Part shown: positions 25,401-39,500 of the stretch, in pieces
How the letters are laid out: each line of letters opens with the position of its first letter
How positions within the stretch are numbered: the first letter of the stretch is position 1
Assembly (NCBI GenBank): GCA_048128005.1
Contig: JBEUKZ010000100.1
Location: 124,001 to 188,000, forward strand
Direction of reading: 5' to 3'
From: Veleropilina oligotropha
Taxonomy: Eukaryota
DNA length: 64,000 nucleotides
Position numbers and translations under genes: made by a program
The notes under the pieces: generated by a model
Databases searched by the model: none
What the model saw: the letters and a program-made list of their open reading frames with translations, nothing else
What the model was told of the DNA's origin: nothing

Positions 25401-28400
25401 ATTGATTAACATCGAAAAAGGTAGGTGAGTTTCTTATATCATGAGATCAGAAATGACTCTCCAGAGACTAAGTTCAAAAACGTAAAAAATGTAGTAAAAA
25501 ATAAATATTTTCATTCAACATTCGAACTCATGATAGTTCATACTTATATATATAATAGTTTATGAAGTTTTAAGAAGATGGTTATTGATTAACATCGAAA
25601 AAGTTAGGTGAGTTTCTTATAGCATGAGATCAGAAATGAAGCTCCAGAGACTATGTTCAAAAACGTTAAAAAATGTGGTAAAAAATAAATGTTTTCATTC
25701 AATATTCGAACTCATGTTAGTTCATACGTATATCAAATAGCTTATTAAGTTTGAATGAGATGGCTCTTGATTATCATAAAAAAGATAGGCGAGTTTCTTC
25801 TAGTATGATATAAGAAATTAAGCTCCAGAGACTATGTCCAAAAGCGTGAAAGATGAGGTAAAAATACATATTTTCATTCAATAATCATACTTATATATAA
25901 TAGCATATGAAGTTTGAAGACGGTGGCTATTGATTAACATCGAAAAAGTTAGGTGAGTTTCTTATAGCACATGATCAGAAATTACGCTTCAGAGACTATG
26001 TTCAGAACCATAAAAAATGTAGTAAAAAATAAATATTTTCTTTCAACATTCGAACTAATGATAGTTCATACTTATATATAATAGTTTAGGAAGTTTGAAG
26101 AAGATGGCTATTGATTAACATCGAAAAAGTTTGATGAGTTTCTTATGACATGAGATCAGAAATGAAGCTCCAGAGACTATGTTCAAAAACGTAAAAAATG
26201 TGGTAAAAAATAAATATTTTCATTCAATATTCGAACTCATGATAGTTCATACTTATATCTAATAGAATATTAAGTTTGAACAAGGTCGCTCATGATTAAC
26301 ATGGAAAAAGATAGGTGAGTTCAATCTGTTATGGACAGACGGACGCATCAAAAGCATAATGCCCCCTGGCCGACTAAAGTGGAGCCCGGGGCATAAAAAC
26401 TACCGTAAAGACAACTTGGGAAAGAGCAATAACTGAATAGTCAATAATTGCAGTGCGACATTAATATTAGCCAAAGGCACCAGTTCACAGACAACAAAAT
26501 ATAACTACAAATGTCATGCAGTGTTAAAATTATAAACAAGGGCCAGAAGTCAGTGACCAATGGAGTGACAGGGTTGAAAATGAATAGGTTTCGTCCTCGT
26601 CAAATGATTAAGGCATCCAGCAAGTTCCATTGAAAAATAATTTGTGTTTTTTAGTTATCGTGCGGAAACAAAATTTATTTTGTTTTCGAACAAGGGCCAG
26701 AAGTCGAGGATAAATCAATCGACATGGCTGAAAATGAATAGGGTTCTTCCTCGTCGCATCATTAAACCATCCGGAAACTTTCATTGTAAAATAATTCACA
26801 TTTCTTTAGCAGACCTGTCAATGCTCCCGAATCTGGCGGGAGGGTCACGATTTCTGGTCCCGTAACCCGCCAACCTGTCAATGGTCCCGAATCTGGCAGG
26901 ATGGTCCCGATTTCAAGTATTTGTCTCCAAATAAATTCTCACAATCATAGTAGAGAAGCAAACGACTGGAACGCAGTTAATTACATTAGGATTATATCCA
27001 TTGTACTTCAGGCCTACCTTAGTAATAGTGCTTGTTCATCACAACAGTTTAATGATTGATCCAAGCTACCAAGCTAATTTAGTAATTAGCGCCTTCATGG
27101 GCGGACGACGATTTTGGCTAGACTCGAGTAGACTAATGCTGTGTTCACACTAGCCTTTTAATACGAATTAGAACCGTATTAAAACATTAATACGTATTAA
27201 GGTGCCACACCAGGTCCCTCTTAATACAGATTAAACCCGTGCTGCCTAGCACGGTTCTTGTAACGTATTAAGCTATTGCGTATTAGGTTAATTCAAACTA
27301 CCTGTTCAGTGTGGCACCGTTGATACGAATTTAAGAAAGCCGTTTTATTATTACCTGGATGGGCATGCGCACTCGGATTCTTATGACATACTTGCGTTTA
27401 ACCGTGTGGATAAAACGTGCTTCTGACATTGTCTGAATAGCTGTCGATTTTGTGCCATTTCGTGTTCGTTTTTGCGACAACGAAATTGTTTCGAAACTTG
27501 TGAAACGTGTTGTAGCAATTCGATTAAAAGCTCACTTGAAAAATCACATGCTTTTAGACAAATACCAATCAGCTTATCGCATGTTACACTCCACAGAAAC
27601 AGAATTTTTAAAGGTACAGAATGGCATCCTTCAATCTCTTCATCGGAAACCAATGGTTGCTCTCGCCTTGCTTGACCTGAGTGCAGCCTTCGAAACAATT
27701 GACCACAAAATTCTGTTTAATCGACTGAACGTCTACTTGGAATCAAGAAATCAGCGCTTACATGAATTAAGTCATATCTACATGTGCAAAAGCAAACCGA
27801 CATCATAAACGGCATGAAATGTGACCTGGCCTCTCTCCCTTACGGTGTGCTACAAGGTTCCGTCTTGGAACCTATTATGTTTTCGATGTATGTCACGCCC
27901 GTAGCAGAGATCGCCTCCAAATACAATCGGTTCTATCATTTCTATGCAGATGACAGTCAAATATATGTTGCATTTGATCCCCAAAGCTCCTTCAAGGCAA
28001 GAGATCAAACAGTGAATGTGCACACACATGCTGAACCTCAATGATGATCAAACCGAGTTTATTATATTTGGTTCAAGAAACAACATCACAAAGGCCGAAG
28101 ATGTAAACTTACATGTCGGTACAACAGAAATAAACTCCAGCGAATTTGTAAGAAATTTAGGAGCTTACGTCGACAACACAGTGTCAATGGAGAAATTCGT
28201 TGTTTCATTTACCACACCGTTCAGAAGTATTAATGGCCAAAGTGTGTCGCGGACGTTACAATGTAAAAACCTCACATGTTCTATCTCCCAGCTAAGATTT
28301 GGAATTGCTCTAAATTTTGCATTGTTCATTTCATTAAATCAGGGTATTATAATACATAAAACATGTAAGTTATACTTTTAAACTTTCATGCATTATTTAA

Positions 28401-30538
28401 CTCTGGTAGGATACAGGGAATGAAAAAGACTGTCGCGGACGTTACGGAGTCTCAGAATAAGAGTAATATCCATTCAAATTTATAATAATTGTGTGAAAAA
28501 ATGAGTGCACATTATTTGTAATTATGGATTATCTAATGAGATAACATTTAATAATTCAAATCTTATGTTATATTTTGTATTTTGAACTCAATTGAAGTAT
28601 TTCATGTTCTATTCCACATGAGTAATTCACATTTCCTAAAGATTTATTTCTAATTATATATAATTAATGGCAAATATAAATATATTAAATATTTGCCTAT
28701 TTTTCACATAGTACACTAAATTAAATGTGAATAGTTCCCCTTATAGCATAAGCACAGCAAGAAATTAACCACAATCTTTCAACAATGATTTAATATAAAT
28801 AAATTGGTTAAAATAAAATGTAAATATCCTAAGAGTTATGAAAGGTAATAACATACAAATATGCTATAATACATTAATGATAACATATATCGGACATCAG
28901 GTGGATGAGAACAACATCCCCAATAATTGGTTAGACATAAATTGTGTAAAAATGATTATAATTTATGAATAAAACCCAACATAATGCACAAAACATTTTA
29001 TAACGCATCAAGGTATCACATTTTGAAAGTTAATTTTAAAGAAATAGTCTTACAATTAGCCATATAATATGGTCGATCAGCATCACAACATTGAGAAACA
29101 ATGGAAAGATGTTTGATAAAAGTTTAACTTCAGATCAGTTAAATATTCGAGAACACCTCAGATTCACCCAGAGACAGTGGAACAGTCATCTTTAGTGACG
29201 AGTCTCGTTTCACACTCAAATTTGCTGATGGCCGTGTAAGAGTGTGGCATAGGAGAAGGGAGCGGTATGCCTCAACTTGTGTCAGGGAGATTGACAGGTA
29301 GCAGGTGGCAGTGTCATGGTTTGGGGAGCATTCACAGCTAACGCCAGAACACCCTTGATTGTCATCCAATGAAATCTGACGGCAGCACAGTACAGGGATC
29401 AGGTTCTCAATCCAGTTTTATTCTTGTTTTCTTCTCCAACGTTGGGAAAAACATCTCCGTTCATGGTCGCAGCCATTTTGGAATGATTGACCTTGACCCA
29501 CGAAGACTAGTGTCATTCCTAATAGATAGATGGCAGCACCCTAATACGAATTGTATATTACCCGTCTCAGTGCGCATTAAGCCAATACGTATTAAGCTTA
29601 ATCTGTATTCCGAAGAACGCTCTCCGGAATACGATCTAAATGCATGCTGAGTGTGAACGTACTAATACATAGGTTGTCGCCAATCCAAGTAATTTATTAG
29701 CCTATATAAATACTTCAGTTTTATTCCGTACATGTGGTTAATCACACGATGTATTGCCCGCAAATCGTCAAATGATATCTTATACCGTAGAATCGGGAAA
29801 ATACTTATTAAGCTGCACATACCGGAAGAAGTTTCACCAGCAAAATTAACAACGAAATAGCCCAGATGTGAACGTGTCACGGGGTCGCGTGATTGATAAA
29901 AGCCTCGCAACTTAAAAAATTGAAATTAAAGAAAGTTTTCTTAAATATCAATTAGTTTATTTAACAAGGAGATAATTTTAGATTTTGGATGACAACTCCC
30001 CAAAACCCAGCTCAAAAGTTTCTGAGCGATTAAATGCGTTTTGTACTGCTCTCGTTTCCAAACAAGTTCGCTCGAAAACAAGGTTGTAATTTGTCTGCGG
30101 CTGGTCAGAAAAGCGTTTATCCTCGAAATTACGGTACCTATTTGAAGTACCATATAAGAATTTCGTCAGAATAAGCCGATAGCAAGTTTAGTTTATTTAG
30201 GCCACTGTCAAACCACGTAATGTGTTAACAGCGACGGTGAACTGTCAGAATGTTCTGTTCTGCAGACGACAACGGCAAACAATAATCATTATGCATACGC
30301 AAGTTAATTAAATTTAGTTTATTCTATACTTTTGTTGCAACTTGGAACCATTAATGGCTGACGACAACAGCAAATAATATTTGACATTTTTTCTGGCAAT
30401 TTTGCGTAAATTACGCATTTGAATTAAAATTAATTTATTTATGCATTCTGGAGGTGAACACACTAGCTGGATCTTTAGCAGACGACAACAGGAAACATTA
30501 ATTAGCAATAATAGTTTATATACATTTCTTAATTATAA

Positions 30539-30588
<50 letters not shown>

Positions 30589-33500
30589 ATGTTGAAGTCA
30601 AGGGGGTGGGGGTGCAGTACACTGGAATTTGACTTAGATTCCTCACACAGGCTGTAAATAAAATTACCGAAACATTTAGATTATTCAGAATATGCACATT
30701 GTGTGTGCGTATGCACTTTTGTGGGTGGGTGGTGGTGGTGGTGGTGGTGGTGGGGGGTGCATGCATGCATGCCGCATTGCGTGCAAACATGTGCATATAT
30801 ATTTCTCATAAAATAGTCAGTGACTAGTAAGAATATCACTAATTTAGAAGCTATAATTATTATTGCCTTGATGGAAAGGAAAAATGTCAAACTGGGGTCA
30901 CACTAAATGCATTCCCATAGCAGTGACGTCATGCAAAAGAGGCATGATGATGATGATAGTACATCATGCAAACACAGGTATATCAGTGTCCAGTCAAATG
31001 TCACATGTAATTATCAGTTCACAATTACTAAAAACATGTATTTTATATCATAATATATTTGTCATTTTTGTGTTATCGAACATCGACATGCCATTTACAA
31101 TGTTCTGATATTGAAAGTAGGTGAAGGGGCGTGGCTACAAGGTGTTGTCCTTCTAAGAGCCTATCATGACATGTTGACCCAATTCTTCGACACATTGTAG
31201 TATTGAAACAACATTATACACGACATGCCATTATTTTATAACCTTTCACGGACATTCGTGGTGTAAAATCAACGTTATACCCTGTGATAAGTTCCAGCTC
31301 CCATCAGCTGATCTCCAAACGTAAACAACAAACGTTATAGTCTCTAAACATCGTAAAATATGATAGTAAACAAAGCCAATTCACCGATGTTTCTTGTTTG
31401 ACACAAGTTCTATGTATTTACGCATGTTCGGATACAGTTTGCACGTCATAGCTATTAATTGTTCATTTCTGCATATCTATATTTAGGATAGGGGTCAACA
31501 AAATTTATTTCTGTTTTCGAGGAGGAGGAGGAGGAATTATGCTTAATGTCCTGTATATTTATAACATCGAGGTTCAAGGCAGGACATGTCCGTGTTTTCG
31601 CGGGAGGAAACCCCGGTCGCCGGGTAAACCCGCCCTCTTCGGCCAGTCACGGACAACTGTGCTTCATAACTTGAACAAATGTGTGCTGCCTCAGCCGGGG
31701 GTCGATCCCACTACTGTTCGCGTCAGCGGAAACAAGCCAGTGAATTTAGAGTGGACACTCTACCCACTGCGCTACCGAAGCAGCCTCTGTTTTCGAACAA
31801 GAGCCAGAAGTCAGTGACGAATCGAGCGACATGATTAAAAATGAAAAAACTTCTTCCTTGTCACATGATTAACCCAAACAGCAAGTTTCATAATGAAAGA
31901 TTAAAAATTTCTTGAGATATGGTGCGGTAACGAAGGAGGCGGACGGATGGACATCGCCATAGCATAATACACCTCGCCTTCGGCGGGCGTATAAAAATGG
32001 ACCGAGTAACAAGTACTCGAAACACAAACCAAATCTGGTAAAGAATAGTCACGCAGTTTAGAGATATACTCCAGAAAAGATCACATGCGTGGAGGGATGG
32101 TCTGCATTTTATAACCCCTCCTCGCCAAATTCTGTTTGCAGAGGATAATTTTGAATATGAATAATAAACATTAACATCTTACCGCATATGGGAGTGTTGC
32201 ATGCTGGTACAGCAAAAATTCTCCTACCAAGAAGTTATCAAACTTTCTGCAACAAGATATATTGACAGTGATTAACATAATTGACAAACGGTATGTAAAA
32301 TTATTTTATACAGTGCAGCATAATGTGGATAAAAATTAGGTAATAGTCTTTCTTACTTAATGCTAAACTAAAATGCAGTGAATTGGTACACTTTACACAA
32401 ACTGAATTTTTCACTCTCCAAAATTTCCCAACTGATCGATACACATACTTCTTACATTTTTCTACTTTCTCAGAAAAACACATCAACTATGTAATTGTAT
32501 GTCAGTGAATGCACTCAAATGTGAGTTTCGTTGTCATGTACCATGCATTTGTATTAAATATGACTCCTTGAAATTTTTATTTATATTTAATTTATCTTTT
32601 CCAAGACTATGAATCTCAACTAACTACACACGGCTTGATGCTTTATAGGTATCTATCATAATAGGTATCTATCAAAATAGTCTAAATTTTAACATATTAA
32701 AAGAGATCAAGAAACCAAGCAACCACTTAAAATGTGTGTAAAATGTACATACGTTTTGTGAAACGTCTTAATATGTGGATCGTTCATAGATGAACATATA
32801 GCACCTTTATCGTTGTCGCGGACGTTTATCTGAAAGTGAATAAAGGTATCCACATGATTATAAATGATGTTCATCTGAAAGTGAAGCAAGGTATCCACAT
32901 GATTATAAATAATGTTCATCTGAAAGTGAAGCAAGGTATCCACGTGATTATAAATGATGTTCATCTGAAAGTGAAGTAAGGTATCAACATGATTATAAAT
33001 GATGTTCATCTGAAAGTGAAGCAAGGTATCCACGTGATTATAAATGATGTTCATCTGAAAGTGAATCAAGGTATCAACATGATTATAAATGATGTTCATC
33101 TGAAAGTGAAGCAAGGTATCCATATGATTATAAATTATGCATGTTCATCTGACAGTTGAAGCAAGGTATCCACGTGATTACAAACAACCAACATAATCAA
33201 ACGAACATAAATCTAGCAATGCTGAATGTCAAATTTTTCAATCAAGAATCAATGTATTTAGGTTTTATGAATATTATAAAGTGTCTATGTGTAAAACTAA
33301 CACATATTTTTCCAGATAAAATTAAAATCTTCGCAATCCTTCGTTATAATATGTAACATTATCTTATTTTGATTGACAGACGACTGTACGCTCCCATTCA
33401 ATCAGTGCTGGCTAAGATAGTGTCTGATTTTATCATTAAAACACAAACAATTACCTTCACCCTTTCCAAGTCATAAATCTGGATGCCAAAATGTGAAGTA

Positions 33501-36500
33501 ATCTCTAGGGACACTTGTACAGTGCGGACCTGATCTTGATCTTTCAGCGAATCGATTGTGGCCTTGATGGGAATTCTGTGATCGCTGTTCCAAGAATTAT
33601 CATCGATGCTGCTTCCACAAAAGGCTTTATCGTTGCCTGCACCCTGCCAGCCTATGACTGCTTGAGTTATCTCCCTTCCATCAGGACACCTGCTCTCATG
33701 TGTGGACACAATGTTTGCAATGAATCGCACGCTGCATAATTCTTCCTCGCGATCAAGAAAATCGCAAAACATCCTCGGTGGCACGGTGCTGTGGATGTTT
33801 ATGTAGCCAGGATGGGCACCTTCAATCAGCGTCAGCTCTGTTGTATCAATCTGAAAACCAGATTCGAGTTTGAAATAATCGTCATTTCTGACATCATGAT
33901 CATCTATTGTTAAGCAGAACAAAACTCTCTCGACAAAGGGGTGAAATAGTTTCTACACAGTATTCAAATAGACTAAGTACATGGTTCGTACAAAAATAGC
34001 CACATGAAATTCAAGGACTTTTCAAGGACTTCACAAAAAATTTTCAAGGACTATTTTTTCAATGCAAATCAATATATAATGTATGTGATATATGCAACTT
34101 GGAACAGTGATAATTATAAGTACATGAATAAAAGGCACATTATTCAACTTCGTGTTAAACTTGAATTAAAAATGATTATAATAATTTTGTTGCACAACGC
34201 GCACATGGCTTTATGTTTGTCAGTTTTTACTTCCCGTATCCACGATGCATATTCCACCTGCGAAGCCAATTTCTATTAAAAACGCATATCCTGCCATATC
34301 CGCTGTAAATTGTTGATTAAAATTATATTATTTACACGTTATTGACAAAATTTCCTTCATATTTCGGGAATAAAATCGAATCAACACATTGTCGGTCAAG
34401 GGAGACAACTTTTATTGGTCAATGTCCGACTGTTTTCGCCATTATCTGCTAGTTCCGAGAATCAACGGAAATCAACGAGTTAGTGTTAAACTTGATATTC
34501 ACAAAAATCGAAGATTTCCGAATCTATTTATTCTGTCCGAATGCAAATCTGTCCAGATAAATGGTGACCGACTTCACCGCGAACGAAAACAGACGCAAGT
34601 ACCATCTTAATATAATGGAGCTATAATTGTATGCGGGCGGGCGGGCGTGTTTCAAGTTGAACTCCTCCCAGACGCTTTGACCTAGGACCTTCAAACTTTG
34701 GGGGGTTAATCGGGGTCCCCCAAGGAAGGTTTACCACGAAAAAAATTCGGAAAATTCGGGAAAACAAAAAATCTTACTATAATGGACCTATAATTGTATG
34801 CGGGCGGGCGGGCGTGTTTCAAGTTGTACTCCTCCCAGACGCTTTGACCTAGGACCTTCAAACTTTGGGGGGTTAATCGGGGTCCCCCAAGGAAGGTTTA
34901 CCACGAAAAAAATTCGGAAAATTCGGGAAAAAAAAAAAAAATTTAAGGGAGCACTATCCAAAAAAAAAAAAAAAAAAATGGGGTGGGGGGACTTACCCGG
35001 CGAAGACGGGTACCATTGCTAGTAAAGTTAATAAATATATATAAGATATAGGAATGCCAAAATATTAAAATAGTTACCATGATGATATTCAAGGACTATT
35101 CAAGACTGTTTGGTCATATTCAAGGACTTTTCAAGGTTATTTCCAAATTCAAGCACTTTTCATTATAGACTGTCAAATTCAAGTACTTTTCAAGGTTGTG
35201 CGAACCATGAAGTACATCGCAAATGAAGACCCATTCAACTATTTCACTCTAATTAACTTCAATAGAGTGATATGATGGGGCATCAAGTTTTTGTTCAACA
35301 GCAAAAAGTTTTAACCTTTTCATCACGTCACCTTTCACCTCGGCAGCCCGCTATAGCGGGCTATGACGTTAAACAATGTCATTGCCTTATGTTTACCTTA
35401 CTCCAATCACAAGAGAGTCACATTTCATCTACATTTTAAATGTAACTAATAATAATAATGATATATAACTTATTTTGAAAGTTACTGTTAGGTCATTCAA
35501 TGTTTTATTTAATTTGCATTCATAAAATAATCACATATGAAGCGACTAACTAACAAATATCTAAATCCTATAAATGACATCATTATTTAATAAATATATA
35601 TCTACTTCATCTTGTCTGTAATTAAGTTAATGAGTAAAAGATTTCAGTTAAATACACTTATAAAGATTCCCATTATTTTCCGATCATAAAAATATGTATT
35701 TCGTTAAAATTATTCAATGGAAACTGTTGATATAACCTAGGATATTCGAGAAATATGTCTGAAATTCAGCCAGCATATTCAGTGTATACGAGTATTGTTC
35801 TCTTGAATACTCAGTGATGAAAGAGTTATGTCACATAAAACTACTTGATAGCATTGAATAGTTCATGGCCCTCGACAGGAGTGTATTCTCTGAACTATTC
35901 AATGCCATAGAGTTGTGTATCTCGTACATAACCTATTCATGGCGTGATATATGATATGTTCATTCATTCTCGCTAATTTCATGCCATCTCCAATAGAGAC
36001 AAGGTTTACTTTTGTCCATATGTTTCATCGCTAACTTACAGACTAATAGAATAGAATCAAGCACCACATTGAGTTCCAGATAGAGAAAAATCAGTCGAGG
36101 GTGGGATGATGCAACAAATCACAACCGAGGCGTTAGCCGAGGTTGGGATGTTGCACCATCACACCCGAGACTGATATTTCTCTATCTGGAACTCAAATGT
36201 GGGGCTTGATTATTTTTCTCGCACCTCAAAAAGCTTGAAAAGTTATTTTGATTTGTGTTTACCTTGCGTATTCAAATAACCCAATCACTCACCAGTAGTT
36301 TTTCCGACGCAATCGAATATAATTACGTATTTATGGAATAAATATTTATTCAATTCTTTAGTATTATTAAATAATAATAATTGTAAAATATTTAAATTCA
36401 TAGCATAGGGTAATAAAAGCTCGAACTATCACTATGCATGAGGTGATGTTACTTTTTAAGGCTATTTCGATATTTGTTTACCTTGCATACAGTACGAGTA

Positions 36501-39500
36501 TTACAAAAGCCCAATCACTCACCAGCTGTCAGCTGTTCTTCTGACGCAATCAAATATAGTTCCGTACTTATGGAATAAATATTTACTCAATTTCATTAGT
36601 AACTTTAAAATATTAATAATTGAAAAAGTCGACAAAACGCTAAATATTTAAAATCATAACGTAGATTAAAAACGGTAGAACTATTGAACTGACAAGAAGT
36701 GACGTCACTTTTCAGAGGCAATGTTGTCTGTTTATAATTTGTTGCTGTCGATCTGCGTGTCTGCCATTGACTTATTTTCCAGAAATTGTTGTCATAATTA
36801 AGTACATTCTGACAGAAGTGTTTGTGAAGCGTCGATCGCTCTGTAATTATGTTCTTATTTGCTGCCATACGCTTCATGGTGCATTTAAATTTGTTTACAT
36901 CAAGCGGATTATTTGCAAACAAAGGACGTGTTTTGCCGGGATTTTCACGGAATTGTGTCAGCTATGTAGGATGAATTTTCAGCGTTGGAGTAGCTATAGT
37001 CTGCAGGTCTAAACTTAAAGCCATGATAAGTTTTGTAGATAGTTATGAGACATCGGTGTGGTGTTTCGTGTGTAGCGTACATGCGTGGTTGAATGCGATA
37101 TAGATATTATAGAGAGATGTTAGCCTCAGTACGTGGGTTTTTTATGTTTCGATCCGCCATTTTTGTTTCCAAACATTGCAGACGATGTGCGTAGGAATAC
37201 AAAGTGTGCTAGACAGCATTTGCGTATGTATACAAAGTGTTCGGGATACAATTTTCCAGCACCGTTAAAAAATGGGATCAGTCTATCTCAGGTGCGAGAA
37301 CATGTACTCTGTGACCATTTGTGATATAAACATTATGAATACTAGAATCATGTAAATATTCAATGATTTCCCGTTGGCGACATTTTGGCTTCACTAATGC
37401 CAACAAACGACTGCTTCAGATTCCACACAAAGTGGGGTTGGGATCATTGCCAATCAAATAGGGTAGTATTTAATACCTTCAAATTTCAAAACAATAGTTA
37501 ATTTATATTCAATTTGACAATTTAGTAGGCTACAAATATAATCAAATGGCCTTACTTCTATGCCAAACCGCAGGACTTCACTGGTTATGGACGATCGCAT
37601 ATTTCTGTCGTCGTTGCATGATTTTTCACAAGCAATCACCTCACAGTAAATCTGACATGAAAGAGGTTAATACACCTTTACATTGGGATGCATACAAATT
37701 GCCAGTAACTATCATCAACCTTCTTTTGCTAGGTCCATTAGAAGATATATCCATACACTTGGCTACTGATTCAACATACACTAGAATCCTCATGCGTGGG
37801 GATGCACATTTCAGTTAATTAGAAAAAACATTGTGGCAGGCCACGGGAAAACTCTTGTGCAGACCAAAAATATTATTATATTGAATTCCATGACATCACT
37901 GCCAGAGTATCATCATATGACATATGTAGGCATTCAAGCGTTTGAGCAACTCATATGCATCCATTGATAACACTTAACCGAAATTTCTGTGTCACAAAAC
38001 ACTAGTTTCACACATTATTTATTAATATTAAATTCAATATCACTGCCAGCGTAGCAGGCAGCATATCAATAGAGCCAACACTCAAGTATAATATATAATT
38101 ATGCAGAAAACATTGCGGCAGGACACATGATACATGCAAGCCTAAAATGGTATGTTATATGTCCACTTTTCCAGACAGTGATCAGTATTACTTTTTACAG
38201 GATGATAAATTCTTCAATAAAACTAATCGACAGTCCATAATTTGAATTTCAAATTTATAAACTATGTAAATCAAATGAAAAGTAGCTCAATATGAACCTA
38301 CATCTTTATTAAACATGGCATCGGTCAAGGCCTCTTCTGACAGAGTGATGAAGTCATTTTTGCCAGGATCCCCTGTGGTCTTGATGCCGTCGATATACCA
38401 GTGAACGTCATAGTCCATGTCATATCCCTCAAACATGACAAAGCTGCAGCGGATCGACGTCTGGCCATCCAACAAGCTGACCCCGATCTCGGGCTTTACC
38501 GTCATGACCGGGAATCCTGAAAAAACACCGAACAATCAAATGTAATGATGAAATAACACTGTCGAACAAATGCAGTCAACACTTCTGGATTGAAAGGTAC
38601 TCTTTAAATTATTGCTGCGCCACCCAGACAGACGAAAACGTGTTGAAATAGATGCTCGGCTCAAAATATGTTGAATAATTAGATTTGGGGGTTATTTTCC
38701 CATTAAACATCCAGTATGACCAAACATATCTATTTTTTTATCATCAGAGCGAGCAGCTTCACGCTAACGTTCTTTCCACTTGGCCATGTCTTCTAAGCCT
38801 TTAGATTCATGGGAATCAAATTAGGTTTATTGTCAATATGAACAAAATGGTCACTTTAAGGATACGTTTGCTTTATGGTAAGAGACAAACCCAAAGCCAC
38901 TTAGCAGCCAAGTACATATATACAATCATGGGAATTCAAACCTCTAACTTTCAGAGGTCACCCTGTCCAAAGCAATTGCGACTGACAGATCTTGAAAACG
39001 GTGTTGCTCATCACGTGGACCAGCCGTGTAGCAAATATCCTACAAGTCATTGAACCAGTTTGTACAATATAGAACACATTTATCTCACACATTACCTGTT
39101 TGAATATTTAAGCTGTCTATGATTTCTTTTGAAGCATATATGAACATCCATCTTTCGATCGTCAAACTCGTGAATTTTCCAACTTCGGACCGTCCCAAAA
39201 GGAAACTGCATTCTCTGCGACTGTCGATCCTGCGCTCGAACGATTCCGCGGTGTCAGCGACCTGCTTTCGGTTCACATACACACTGAGACCATTCTGTTG
39301 GCTCCAGGAGATAAGATAGTCGGCTACATTGTCAATGTTATCGGCCCGCCATGCCGCCGTCCAGCGTCTGTGACTGTTACTGATTGTCACGTAGAGCTGG
39401 TTTCTCTTGTAATACATAGCGTAACCATAGGAATCTGGGCTGTCCCCACAACTGGTGAACACGTAGCCGTTCTCGTCGATTCGGTGAATTTGCATCGTGA

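Larger units (their letters stand above)
27138..29662. mobile_element. PIF/Harbinger-like non-autonomous element carrying LINE and Tc1 fragments
   Basis: Imperfect TIRs gttcacact/agtgtgaac near TAA; repeated taatacg(a/t)att subterminal motifs at both ends. Confidence 0.5.
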
